Made by a program: the position numbers and the translations under genes. A stretch of DNA of 62,040 bases, counting the filler, from Choristocarpus tenellus KU-1152 (lineage: Eukaryota; Protista; Phaeophyceae), in assembly GCA_964200185.2 (NCBI GenBank). It is 8 parts of 8 records of this genome, joined end to end, with 100 filler letters (N's around TTAATTAATTAA, not from the genome) between each part and the next. Parts side by side here need not be neighbours in the genome. Positions count along the whole stretch, not along the records: positions 32,429 to 46,749 come from CAXNAD020001226.1; positions 46,850 to 50,735 come from CAXNAD020017363.1; 6 more parts are not named here. One strand, 5' to 3'. Below the pieces are notes generated by a model. That model saw only the letters and a program-made list of their open reading frames with translations, had not been told where the DNA came from and searched no databases. Below, one piece after another: positions 37,191 through 50,835 of this stretch (positions are counted from its first letter, which is position 1; each line of letters begins with the position of its first letter).

Positions 37191-37823
37191 CTGTTGTATC
37201 AAGACCATCACATGACCCAACCCTGTTCTTGCCATTCACAGCCATGGTTCAAACATTCGAATTGGCCACAGTCAGCTCTCTGTTCCAGAATTTCTGTCTA
37301 CATAAGTTATGTACATGATGCTTAGGGGTCCCTCCTTCTCTATCGAGATTCCTCTCTTCTCTTCGTCTTCCTCTTTATCTGAAGACTACCCCCCAACTTG
37401 CCTTGCTTCATGCGCCGGGGGGACAGCAGATCCACGGCTCATTGGCAACGTCTAACTCCTTATCGTTGCTGACTCCAGCGGATAATCGTGCGATAGCATT
37501 TTTCAAGCAAGAAACTACAATTGTCAAGTTTTCCGTGTGTGTGGTGGCGTAAAACTTGAAGGTGACTCTACGTTTAGGAGGTTTCTCATCGCCCATTCCC
37601 CCAACCGATCCATGCCGTCCATGCTGCATGGCAAAGAGGAGATCTATGTAGAGAGAACTACTAGTACTTATTATTCTTCGCAAAACTCTGCTACAGGATA
37701 TATAACGACCAATATTCTTACTCAATATTAATGTTTTTGTTGTGACAATCGCGCCCCACTCGCCGTTCCTTTCACACTCAATACCAACAAAAACATCGAG
37801 AACGAGAGGGAGAAAGTGCTACT

Positions 37824-38551
37824 ATGGGTTCGTCTGAGATATCAAGGGTTACTGCTGTGGCAGTAAGAGCGCTGTGCTTCTTCACAGTTATCTCCAGAGG
37901 CCAGTGCTTCCTCGCGAGGGCGCAATCCCCTCTTGTTATATTACTGGCTCAGCATCGTCAGGTGTACCAAGATGACGGCATATGCTCAATAATGTCGGTG
38001 GGGTCGAAGGGGAGCGAAGGCGATCGGAGTGACGGACGAAGATGGTTCAGAAATCGGAAACCTCTTGGTCACCTCACATCGAAGGTTGACGCTTGTTGCA
38101 AGGAGATGTGCGTGGCCAATGAGGGGAGACCTTTGGCAGCTGCGATGTCAGACTTCGTTGATGGTTTGGTTGAGATATATCTTTCAGGTGGGGGACGCAG
38201 CGGTCGTGATTGGGGCGGTCATAATTTCCAGTATTTTTTCCCCTTACTGGATAGGAGAACTTCTGGCCCCGATCGTGAGCTCATCGTGCAGTTGGTACCA
38301 TGATACCCCTCATCATTGCATGCAGGTCACTTCACACATTAACTCCTGCAAACTTAACCCTTGCTGCTGCCTTGTGCCTCCGGGGATTCTCGTGGGATGA
38401 TCCTGGATATATAGGCTACGCAAAGGAGGCACTCGAGCTTGAGCTCCAGTTCCAGGATAGTACCACACCTATGCCAGGGCAAACATTGACTGCGGTTGAG
38501 AAGCAGTACCGAACGAACTGGCTCTTGGCCGTTTACATGGTGCTTGAGGAT
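37824..38551 (+). CDS. Putative plastid-targeted conserved hypothetical protein, partial; exons 37824-38187 and 38415-~38551; further exons likely (e.g. ~39418-39520)
   Basis: Signal-peptide-like N-terminus ending GQC-FL (stramenopile ASAFAP-type). Spliced phase 1: FVDGLVEIYLSG|YAKEALELELQF...LTAVEKQYRTNWLLAVYM. Confidence 0.55.
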
Positions 38552-39774
38552 GTGTGTGAATCCCTAATGCTCCACAAAGTCTGAAATAGAGGGTCTGTAT
38601 CAAATTTCTATCTTGCTCTTGTGTTAATCTTGAGTGAGCCTGGGGCCTAACGATATGCTTCGAGGTATTCCAATAACCCCCTACTTGATTGAAGCCCGTG
38701 CTTGATTCAGCTGCTCATCATGGTCAACACATAGAGCCGCTTTCTAGTTGTAGTAGTGCCTTCAATGATCCCCTCATGAAACTCTGGTCCTTGCAGCTGA
38801 TATCTTCTGTTCCCGTCCGCTGCATTATTCGTTGTACACACATCTGTGGGACAGCTAAAACTTGTAGAAGAGCGACCAATAGTGAGCAACGAGGAGTATC
38901 ACTTGAAGAGCCAGGCAAGGCACCTACTCTGTTTCTTTTAGCTGAGTTTCCCTTGCTTTTAGCCAAAGCTTCTGTAAATGATACAACCTCTATTCTTGGG
39001 TCGAGTCCTATGCCGTCTTTGTCGTATGAGGTTGACATTTAAGCGTTAGATGCCATTTGCAAGACGGTGAAGGTGCAATTTGGGAAGAACAGTGCCTATT
39101 GGCGCCCTGTTGGCACAGGAAAAGGTGTGGTTGTCTGTGCTGTCGATGTAGTACAATGTTCACTTGTTGTAAAGGTTCTGGTGATATGGATTGACATTGT
39201 CACCTACATCCTTGTTAGGGAGGAGGTACATCGTAGATACCATTTGAAAAACTTCATGAGGATGCTCTCAGTTATGCAGTGGTAAAAAAATTACCAAATG
39301 GACCAACTGATGGACTGACTGACCAAGCAACACCTCCCATGAGCTTTGCCCACTTGATGTCGAACCCTCTGATCTTGTGCTAACAGTTCCATCTCTTCTT
39401 GCCAATATCCTGTGAAGGTTAAAGTTGTTATGAGGGGCAGACGGTATCATGATGAGCTAACTTTTGTGAAGTTTGACAAGGCGCTGGCATCCAGGGGAAG
39501 GATTGGAGGGGCGGCCGCAGGTCAGCAAGGGACAGAACAAACTTGCTTGCCTTTGCTTGCCGCGTACAATGCAAATTTCTCTGTGTTGTTTTGTTTGTTG
39601 TATGATTGCTCCCCTTGTTTAAAATAGAACTCAAAGGTTGGGTTTGGCTGTCCCTCTCTTTGGTGGGGGTTTGACTATTGACCATTCTTGCTGTTCTTAC
39701 ATTTTGATCTTCTGAGATGAGGAAATCATGACCTGCAACTTTATCAAAGGTTTTCACTGGGTCAGCAAATGAAA

Positions 39775-40110
39775 ATGGTCCTGTCCGCTGGCTGGACCAG
39801 TCCCATATTTTCTGACATGCCCCCGTCCATGTCCACCAGCTGGACCCAGTCTAACATTGTCTAATGTGTCCGGACCATGTCCACTAGTATTGTACTGGTC
39901 CATATCTGCCAACCAGACTGGGTCTAGCATTTTTCAACATTTCTGGACCATGTACACAGGTTAGTGTACCTGCCTGTGTTCGCCGGCTGCACCAGGTCTA
40001 ATATTTTCTGACATGTCCAGACCATGTCAAGTATGTGCTGTACTAGTCCAGTCCACAGGCCAGGCAGGTCTACTTCTGGACCAGTTTAATTTGAACAGAC
40101 CGGTCCAATG
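39775..40110. repeat. Degenerate minisatellite-like array built from GGACCAGTC/GTCCA/ATTTTCTGACATG motifs
   Basis: About 5 imperfect repeat blocks seen by eye. Confidence 0.6.
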
Positions 40111-43100
40111 TGTTTGTTCAATCCATGTAAAAAAGCGAATGAGGGTGCGAAAACATACCCGCGAGCCAGCGCCGCCAAATTGATTTCATTGGGGGATCCA
40201 TATGTCTGAGGTCCAAAAACAAGCATGCAAAACCCCACATATTCCATTCTCAAGAGTGTTACCCCACCAATTTGTTGATAAGATGCTTCACTTCGCTCTG
40301 CAAAAGTAGCCTTTTTACTGCACATATATAGCCTTTTGCAATCATCACTGGACTTCTTTGAATTTTGTAATATTATTTTTATTATATGCATCACTTCGCA
40401 AAAGGGATCCTCTTTCTACTGTGTTGTAATCTTCACTGACTGGATTCTATTTGACAATTGATTTCATAGTATTATCTAATATTTAGATGAACGAGTCTGT
40501 GTGACGGACAATGGCATGGCCGGCCTGTGTGTCACTTGCATTTTGCGCAGCCAGCCATAGGTGAAATGTTCTAAGTTGGCCAGGTCCATGACCATCAACT
40601 GTTTTCAACATACTGGGGCCATGAGGTGGCCCTCCGCCGTATGGCAGACAGTGGACATGCTAGCTATCTGGCCCAGAGAAAAAATTCAGATTCACATTCT
40701 GGAAAGGATTATTTTAGTGCTTCAGCATGTGTGTAGCACCAGGGGAGGATTATTCTTACCTCACAGTGGTATTTTCGTATGTATCTATGCATAATTGCGT
40801 AAGGCTTGTAACTGTCATCATACTACGTACTGTTAATTTTGGTACTATATTCTATCTCTGTACTTGCAATCTCCTTTTGACAGCAACTTGGAAATTTCTA
40901 CAACTTGGTGTGCAAGTAGTGAGAGGAATTATTGTCAAACCTGCCTCCTTGCAGGTATTGCATGCAAAGTTAGAAATGAGCATACACAATAGGCAGAACT
41001 TCCCTACTATTCCCAAACGCCATCACTCTTACATCAAGATATGTGTTGAAGTGCTAACTCATATCCAGATACATACCTCAACCACCACCCCCTGCTGCCC
41101 AATGATGTTGGCCTAACATATCTCTGCAGAGTGCATTGTGGTTGCACCACAAATGGTGCCAATATCGCAGCTTGTTCTGCTGGCCATCTGCACTGTTTTA
41201 AAGCTCGACAATTAGAGCTGCTACAATGAGTTCATTTTGTGTGAGTGTGGGAAACATCAAGATTGAAACGGTGAATCGTTCATGATTTCCTTGAAGACCC
41301 TCTTAGGCAGAACAATGGTTTATGCTTTGGACTAAAACATACTCCTTTTTTGAAGTAAGGACTCACTACCCCTGCGGCACTTCCCTGGAATATCTTGGAA
41401 TGCTTGTTTTGATATCAAGTGTTTTAGGGATTGTCTACGTTGAAGAGGGTGTGCTTGATATTGTTGAAATGAAGATGTCAATACCATATGTTCAGTTTGA
41501 AAAGCATGAGTTTCTTAACAGCTTTTTAAATGAGTATTTTCTGCTTTTGATTATTCCATTTCATTCTTTGTGACTGAAAAAGACAAAGTCTGTAAAGAAT
41601 AGGTGGCGTATGAGGCTTGATTAGTGAAGTATTTCAACTTTTATTGTGTATCCCCATCCTCACAGAGAGGTTGAGGGCTAGTAGAAAGATCATGGAGACA
41701 GACCTGCCAGTATTAAGGAATACATGTGATAGGTTGTGTAGGAAAGCTTTTGACCTTTTCCTTGATTCGTATCTTGCGGGAGCTAGCCTCGCTGGACAGC
41801 AGCTCATTGGTTGTATAATTCTTTCCAAGCTATTCATGACTGCAAGTTTGCATGTCCAGTAAGAATAACGAGAAACAAGGTATGGATTTGACCCCAGCGC
41901 AGTAGTGAAGTTTCCTCTTGGAAGGAGATGAATAAACCAATCGACACATATTGGTCTTTGTTTGGCACTCCTTCCCCTTGTCTTTGGTCAATAAAGTCAT
42001 GTGATATAAACCTATCCTCTTGAATTGTTAGTTGTACCCTCCTTGTTGTGGAACTGAGCTGATATCAATCAAAGATTGTTGTTTCACTGGAAGCAGGAAG
42101 ATATGTTCAAGTCTATGGAGACTCGGCATTTTAGTGGTTTGGACAGAAAGAATTTACTATCATGATTCATAACGCAAGTATGGCACCCTTGTATATCCCT
42201 GGTGTAGGTAGATGACCATTTCTGGAGGAGATAGACCAAGTATCTTGGGGAACCTGTTTGCATTCCTATGCATGTTCAGTCAAATCCACCTCCCCAATCA
42301 CCAACAATGTGAAGACATGCCTTTTGAAAGTTGCTACCCTGACGAAAAGCAAGAGTATACTAAGTGCAGGGAATACTGTGTCCAAGGTTCCCTTTTGTCC
42401 ACGATGATGTGTTGGTGCAGAAAGAACTTCTGTTCAAATTGTGAGTTACACCCATACGGAGATCTAGTATACAATGTTTTAATTTGTTTTATTATCATCA
42501 ATTCATTACTGCTCAAGGTATGATGTACTTGGAAGAATAAGCATTAAGAGCTGGTGGAGGTGGTTCAAATTTATTACGTCCGTCCAGGAAAGGCCTGGGC
42601 CGTGAGTTGCATGCTTGAGGAAGGTGGAGAGGCGAGTGGTCTGAAAAGGAAGCATGGTATGATCAGTGTGGCCTTGGAGTATAATGGAAAGATAGTGAAT
42701 GACAGTAGCTCCCAAGTCTTGTTCCAGTGGAGTTTCTTGCTGCCACTCTTTGTGCATGCTCTTCGTTCTGTGTGGTTGTTAGCATCCCCCTGCTAACAAT
42801 CAAGGCTCTACCACTGATTCTCTGTGACTGTCTCAAGCGCGTGACCCTTGGCATCCGGGATGCGACAATCGAGCCGACGCAACATGCCACTAAGCCCAGG
42901 TTGGTGATGGCCAAAGAATTCAGGTGACATCCACTTTGACCCTTGTCTGCCTGGAAGTGAGCTTTTGCCTTTTCTGCTATCCTTGACCGCTTTATCAATG
43001 TGTCAGAATGATGGATATCGGAGTGTTTCAATGACAATATTTGATTGCTGATACAACCTGCAAGCATCAGAATACCATTGCTGCCTCGTAACTCTGAAGT

Positions 43101-45199
43101 TTACAGTTTGCAGGTTCATGGTTAGTTTGTCTCTATGGTGTCTCTATGGTGTCTGGTGTTGTTGTGGATGCTTAGCTTAGTTGAGTAGTGGATCATATCA
43201 CACAATATAGGTTATAAAATATGTATAAGGGCTTCCACAAATACAAGCTGTTCCCAGCAGTCAAGGCCCAGGGAACACTCTTCCCTTCCATTTCAGTTTG
43301 TGGTACTCACTTCTGATGAAGTAACCGTTTGAAAGCTATGACTTCAGCTTTAAGTTGGTGTACTATTTGCATATATCTCAATTATTCAACTGTTGGCAAC
43401 CACATCAAGTTCTGGGGTTCCTTTTGCAAGTCCTGATAGGCGTCCGATTTTTAGAGATTGCACAAGGACACTGGAGAAGGCCATACTTGGTTGTTTCAAA
43501 GGACCCGTCCAGGCTGTTTTTTGAGACTCTATGCCAATCTTGAGTGTTTGGCACCCCAAGCAAGGGGTGTGAGGATAAGTGAATAAGAGAAACGCGAGGT
43601 CAAGAGGCCTGGCAGCAGAGCCACTTGCAGATGAAAGGGCACCACAAAACAAGAGGAGAGATGGACGCCGACCAAAGATGAGGCGATACCCGGCATGACT
43701 GCAGTGATAAATACAAGTGAGGTTGATGGGATGTGGTCATCATGGCATCAAGGTCATGGTCAATGTCTGAGGGTTTGGGATCAGCTATGGGGTCAGCCTG
43801 AATACAAGTCAAGCGGTATATGGGGCCAGCAATAGGTCCCTTGTATCTTGTATACATAGAGGATACTCAAGAATGGGGATATGAGGAGGAAATGCTTTTC
43901 AGTATCAATGAACTGTTGACTAGCGATTGTGATGTGACAGTCCTAAACAATTTTATACGATGATTTTGATCAACACCCTAATGTGTGAAAACAGAAGCAC
44001 ATGTATGTAATCAAAAATCAACACAGGAGATGACAAGATCAGTAGACAATGGGTGGCACACATCTCCTTTCTCACTTTCTGAAAATGATGTGGAAATCTT
44101 GCTTGCGACAACTACAATACTCCAAGTGGACACTAGGACACACAATGTTGGTGACTCAACTCTCAAAATGATATGAGGCGACAGTATGGTCATTACATCA
44201 TGTCGGGGGGATTGTGCCCTCAAAAACAAAGAAAAAATGTGACTCACCTATGTCTTCATCACCTACCTAGTCATAAACTTGAATCTTTGTTTTGTTGGGG
44301 TTAGTCATTTCATTATCATTCGTGAAAAAAATGGATTGAAATGAGAGATGATGTAATGAACAGCCATCTCTAGCACACACGGGTGCTAATGTGCCCAGTG
44401 ATATGGTCTCTTCACCACTCCATGTCTCCACTCATGCAAACGAGGGGAGTTGAGAGATTAAATATTATTAATTTTATCTAAACGTCCACCAATGTGTATG
44501 TAGTGTATTTGCAAAGGGTTGATAGACCTGGTAAAACACAAGATGTCAAGTCAGAGCTGGTCGTGAAGAGGTTGACTGAGATGTGTTACCAGTAACCTAA
44601 TACGTTTACAGAACGAAAGGCAATACCCATCCATAACATGATACACAAACGATTGTCTAAATGAGATGGTCAGCCTATGTCAAGGAAAATGATATATGAG
44701 TAACATGCGATAGGGCTCAACACACCAGAGCCATAACAAAGATTAGCGAGGATCTGTATCACACATACATCCAACAATCTCTTTACTGGATAATAAATCA
44801 TGCTATTTCGGCAATGCATGATACGCAGACTATTCGAAAGAGGTATGGTATCAGTAAATATGAATTCTCAAGTCAGTGTGATGTGGGACAAGAACTTCAC
44901 TGATTATCCAATCAATCCATTTACTGCACACGATCAGCTGCAATCATCTCACGGCATTGTGGGATCTGTTCTTCTCATTTGTGAAGGTCACAAAAGGGCC
45001 CATGACCACAAACACAAAGGTTATAGACAACATTTTTGAGTGAACGATGACCAGGGCTAGGTCTATGTCCAATAATGCTGTGAGTAGTGTACTGACCAAA
45101 AACAGGTTGAGAGACTTGAAGGTCTACGTCTACCAATGGTAATGGGGTTCCCAAAATAAATAATCCAGCTCATTCAAGTCCGGTGTGGGAAGTTGGACT

Positions 45200-46745
45200 T
45201 GAGGATAGTAACGTTTCATTCTACCCAGATGAACAGAAAATGGATTTGAATTTCCAGGTAATATGGGCCCTGTATGCGATGGGTGATACCTTAAAATGTA
45301 CTCCATATGGACCCCTCCAAGGGTGACGTGTTAAAACATAGGCTACTCATTTGTTTTTTCTTGATACGATATAGTACCACCATTCAATATTGACTATTGG
45401 TTGGTCCGCTATGCACTGGTTGTTACTTTCACTAGCTCGTCATCACCTCGTTAATTGCCTTCAGAACACCCCAGTACATAGGAAACATCAGGACAGTCAC
45501 TCCCCATCACACACACAGGCATTCTATGCTTCACTTGATTTACAACAGATATTGATTCAAGTTTGTTCTGGTTATTCCGTCGTTCTTCTTTTTTTGCTCT
45601 TTCTTCTTAACAGCAGAAGACCCCAGTTGTACGTTAATTGTTGATCATTATTTCTTCTTGATTGGGGTTGCCCCCTCACAACACCCCAAACCCACTTTAT
45701 GTTAAGTGTACCTAATGCACACCTGGAAGTCATATATTCAGAGTTAAAACATCCACAGAAACCTTTGTCGGCCAAGGTAACAAGCCTCTTCTTAGAGCAT
45801 GTATTTCTTTCTTTGAGTGTACCAAGGAAGAACATCGAATACACATAATCCATTTTCTAACTGAGCAAGTCATGGCTTCAGTTGGAACGGAACAAATTCA
45901 CCAGTGCTTTGCGGCACTGTGACACCTCTTCATATTACAAACTACCCATTGCACACGAAAGCACGTGTCATCCGATTCAGTTTTCCAAATGAAGTAACTA
46001 CTGATTCGGATTATCAGTACGTTCATATGGCCTATCAACTAGAGCTTTATAATAAGGTACGAAAATGGGGAACACGAGGCGTTGGTTGGCACATTCCTGA
46101 TCTTTAATGTGTTCGTTGAGGTTATGGCATGCCAACTCAAATGCAAGCTGCAAATTATCTTTGATTTGCTGAGTAAACTCTTCAGTAGCGACATCTGAAT
46201 CAGGATTAGATGAACCAAGGACAATATCAACAGGTAAACGAGCTTGTCTTCCAAACAGGAGGGAAAACGGGGTTCCATCTAACTTTCCACTGAGAGCTGA
46301 GTTACGGACTAACTGGAGGAAAGACCGCAAGGATACCCAGTTATCCTCAGCAACATATATATATATATATACATTGCTCTAGTTACATCGAATATAACTA
46401 AAGTCTGGAATGTATCTGACACAGAACTTTCTTGAGGGCGATAAGGTGTGGTTTTGGTTTTCTCTTAACCAAAGACAGACTGCATCTGCAATGACACTGT
46501 TTTCAAATTCGATACGTTCATCGGAGCGTAACAACTCGGATGGGCCAAAAATTGAAAAGGCACTTTCTACCAGCTCGTACAAACAATTGTTGCAGTCTAT
46601 TTGTTTGGAATAAGGCACAGCACAAAAAAAGAGTGAGGGTCATCAATGGCAGACAAGATGTAAGAGCAAATTACACCATTTAACAGCCTCTCACCAAAAT
46701 TGAGGATGGAGCATATTATGGAGGATGGGTTGGACCCATACTTGG
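45200..46745 (-). mobile_element. Decayed Ty3/Gypsy integrase region(s)
   Basis: FGPSELLRSD...EFENSVI; TPFSLLFGRQARLPVDIVLG; HPWRGPY...VSPIAYR (GPY/F motif). 45990-46670 is homologous to 55002-55650. Confidence 0.75.
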
Positions 46746-49700
46746 TGCGNNNNNNNNNNNNNNNNNNNNNNNNNNNNNNNNNNNNNNNNNNNNTTAATTA
46801 ATTAANNNNNNNNNNNNNNNNNNNNNNNNNNNNNNNNNNNNNNNNNNNNGTTATCACAATGTGCGAAACGAAGTTGAATTGGATAACGAAGCGCCTCAAT
46901 TAGATGAGTCTTCTGACACCGCCCAGATACTTTGAGCCTGACGTTGCCAAGACATGCATTGCTACTGCTGTCATTATATGTTAGTTGTGCCTTATGTGAC
47001 TTCCAGAGTAGAGTCCCTTACTACCTTGCCTCCCACTTACCAGTGAGACTGATAGCATGTACATTTGACAACCTCATGCAGGCATTATGTTTTTATGGTT
47101 TTCCCCTGCATATGTTCCTCCCTTCCACTCCATAAAGGCCTTTCTTGATCTTAGAGTCATTCTTGACAACAATTACGAATGTCACACGTTCTGCATTTTT
47201 TTTCTCATGCTCATCTTTTATGCATAAAATGCAAAGAAATACTTCAGAACAGTAAAAAACTGTAATATACCAGAGTCATGGCTTTTTCCTCGATATCATG
47301 TAGTGTTGTGCAATTATAACTATCTGTAGAAAAGGGATGTTATTGCTGCTTGGAGTCAGTGTTGATGCGTCAGATAGTTGGGATTTTTTTACCATATCAT
47401 CTTTGGTCTTACGTATTTGCTTGGTAGAGGAGACCAAAATATCACACAGCAAATAAAATAATATATAGAGTATCTACAAATGTGTCATTTTCTTTACAGT
47501 GTGAGGATACATGGTTTCCTTCCTATAAACGTGATGATGAACTTGAATCACAACATTTCCCAATACTATTACTAAATCTATCTACAGTAAACATTTGTGC
47601 CATTTCTCGATTGAATCTTAATCACTTTTGCAATCTAGGACAACCAAGGAAGAACCTGTGTCAAGTAAGAGATGAGTAAAATAAAACATGTACCACAGTG
47701 TAAAGTCTGCTTCTCATGGAGAGGATCATGTCAACACATTGAGAAACATTTCTTCAGGTTCTTCCTGCAAAAAACGTGAAGGATTGTTTTTGTGCACCAA
47801 AGCTTCTCATGGAGTATCAGGTTATGGAAAATGAAACAAGGACTGCATTGGAGTTTTCAATGAGACTGGGGTTCTTCCATAGTCATGACGCTCCTCCAAC
47901 TCTTACCATTTCTGCATTTTACTTGACTAGATTTAAATGATATATATCAGTTGTCATACCCTACACTCTGGATGATGAATGAGATCACGATCTTCACCAA
48001 AACTCTTGTGCATTGCAGTTTTATCTTGTTTAAGAATCATCCATCCTGACTTACTGGGTTACGACCTCAAAAATATATAATACATATATATTTATGTGTA
48101 GGATGTCAAACTAACATTGCTGTACCTTGATACAACATGTATCACAGCTCACATGGCCCCAGATGACATGAGCCAGTCAAACAGTAAGAAAACCCCCTTT
48201 GCAATGAAACAAATTGAAGCTGGGAATTTCTTTCGAGTAAAATTCAACGACAATTTTTACCTCAACCATCTATCCTACCTATCTACAAACAAGTGCAATC
48301 CCACACACAAAACAGCTCCCTTTACCTGTACATAAACACAAAACCCCTTTTGTTGATAGATAACCTTCCAGAAATGCATAGTAAAAAAACAACTCATATT
48401 TATTTTTCCCAAAATAATCTTCTGACCTCCTACGCTGCAAAAGAACACCCAACACCGGGAACATTCACCCCCACACACCATCCCCCAACCCATGACCTAC
48501 CTCACTCAAAGTTGTCACATAAAAATCATCACACCAAACAAAACATGCCTCCTTTCTGACCCATGACACATACAGAACCCCTCTACTCTGATACTGCCAC
48601 AAAATAGTACACAGCCCTTGTTGGTAACACACCACCCCATGAACTAGCTGTAGCACACACTAGATAGTAGTCAGACAGTCTCATTCTTGTCCGACATCTC
48701 TTCCCTTTGGCAGGGTCTCAGGAGTACCTCCCCACCTACTGTGGCTCTACGTTGCTTGGGGCAGGGTTAGGAGCATTGCAACCATCATCTCCTACAAGGC
48801 AATGCTGTGAAACAAGCCCTCCATCGCCCCCACCGGTGTCACTGCCTGCACCACCACTACCCCTGTGACCAATAAAAAGTAGAGAGGGCCGATGTAGGTC
48901 ATCAAGAGGGTAAGTGGTGGCACATAAACAACATAGCACCTTTAGAAGCAGTCACAGACTACACACAACAATTTCAATGTCAAACCAAGACTGCACAAGG
49001 TGTGAAACTTCCAATTAATCAGATGCTTGCCTGTGAAATTTCTTATTGGACAAAAAACAAACTGCTTTCTTCTACTCACCGGTACACTCCTGAACCACCC
49101 TCACCCTCCGCTGAAGCCAAACCGCCACGCTTGGCAATACCAACTCCTTTCCCAGCCCTCGCCTCTGTCTCTCTCTCTGCCAGCACTAGTTCTGTCTCAG
49201 CCTTCTCTCCAACCTCTTGTTGGCCATCATCAGATGTTGAGCTACCGGAGTAGGAAGGCGGTGCTGACACTTTTTTTACCAGGAACTTTTGTGACAGCCT
49301 GACAAAAAAAAAAACCAAGTCAAGGTTGAAAAAAGAAATTCAAATTACACATTGTAATTTTGACACAAACAAGCAACAAATAGGACTGCATACTAAGGGC
49401 ACATACACATCGGCATGCTTCATGAGAAGAGTGACCTTGGGGGGAAGGGGGGAGGCAATGGACTTGGCATATGGGCACAGAGGTGAGGAGGGGAGTTAGT
49501 ACATGCACTTCAAAGTTGAGGGGTGGGGGGTGAAGGGGTAGCACACAACCGATGAAGCATTGGTCTAGGGATGGGGGAGGGGGAAGTGGTGTCAATGTAT
49601 CAAGAGGCCGCTCAAAAACAAGTAGGGAGTAAGAGGATAATATAAATATGATGCTTTAGGATATTCTACAAGGCAAAAAAAGATGACACAGATTGCAGTT

Positions 49701-50835
49701 AGTTGGGACCAAGCAAGAACAAAGACAATAGGATGCAGAAGAGAGGGGGGGCAAAGGCAAGCCAATTGGCAGGGACAAAGGGGGTCTAAGGAAAGAGGAG
49801 CGAAATCGTTTTCTGATCTCTCTCATACCATGTCTCATATGTTGGAGAAAGATAGAAGGCCAGGTGATAAAAGAGTGGGTCTCAAATTTATTAGAGGGTG
49901 TTAATTGGGTCAAGCCAATACAAATCTACCTAATCGGAAGGGTAAAAATGGTATATAAATGCCCAAGGTTTCTGATTGGTTGCTAAAATGGGCAAAAATG
50001 ATATCTGATTGGTTGCTATGCAGAAGCGGTTACAGACTTCCACTCTGCTTTTTCTGCTCAAACAAGGGATGCCATTTTTCTTATTCTTAAACCTAGTCTG
50101 AACTTCCAAAAGTTCTATTTTTTAAGCAGTAGTGTCAGGGACAGGTCCTCTTTCTAGGATCTAACGACACTAATGGGGACATAATGCATGCATGCAGTCA
50201 TACACATTTGCACATGTCACCTTTTGCCATTAACGCCAGACCAGGTGATGTGGTGCGGGTCAGACACACGACCGACTCGCGGGAACCCCAACATGAACGG
50301 TGAATTCAAACCAGCAAACCCCGAGATAGCATTTTCCATTCTGTTCCATTCTGACTGGTCCCAACCAATCACAGTGGAGATTGATACGTATGATAATCTG
50401 AAACTGTCAACATATGCCCAGCATGTCTCAGTCTCATCTCTCACTTCCTTTCTGAACCTCATCTCTGGTGGTTCTCATCACCCCCCTCCATCACACAGAA
50501 CCAGGCCCCATAACATACACTTGCTTATCTTGTCTCCTTTTGCATCATCGACTCCTCACAAAAAGACTTGAAAATTTTAATTTTGTGGGGACATAAACCT
50601 ACCTACCCCTAACCCTAGACATGGTTATCGGTTAACTCACAACATCACCTAGATCTATCTATGATGATCACCTCCAAAATAGCCTTCAGACCCACCCTAA
50701 GAGAACCCCCCCCCCCCCACGAAACACTCTCGACANNNNNNNNNNNNNNNNNNNNNNNNNNNNNNNNNNNNNNNNNNNNTTAATTAATTAANNNNNNNNN
50801 NNNNNNNNNNNNNNNNNNNNNNNNNNNNNNNNNNN

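Noticed and set aside
41100-43200. Possible decayed Copia-like gag/integrase on the minus strand
   Set aside because: Only faint fragments; no diagnostic motif I can defend without a search.
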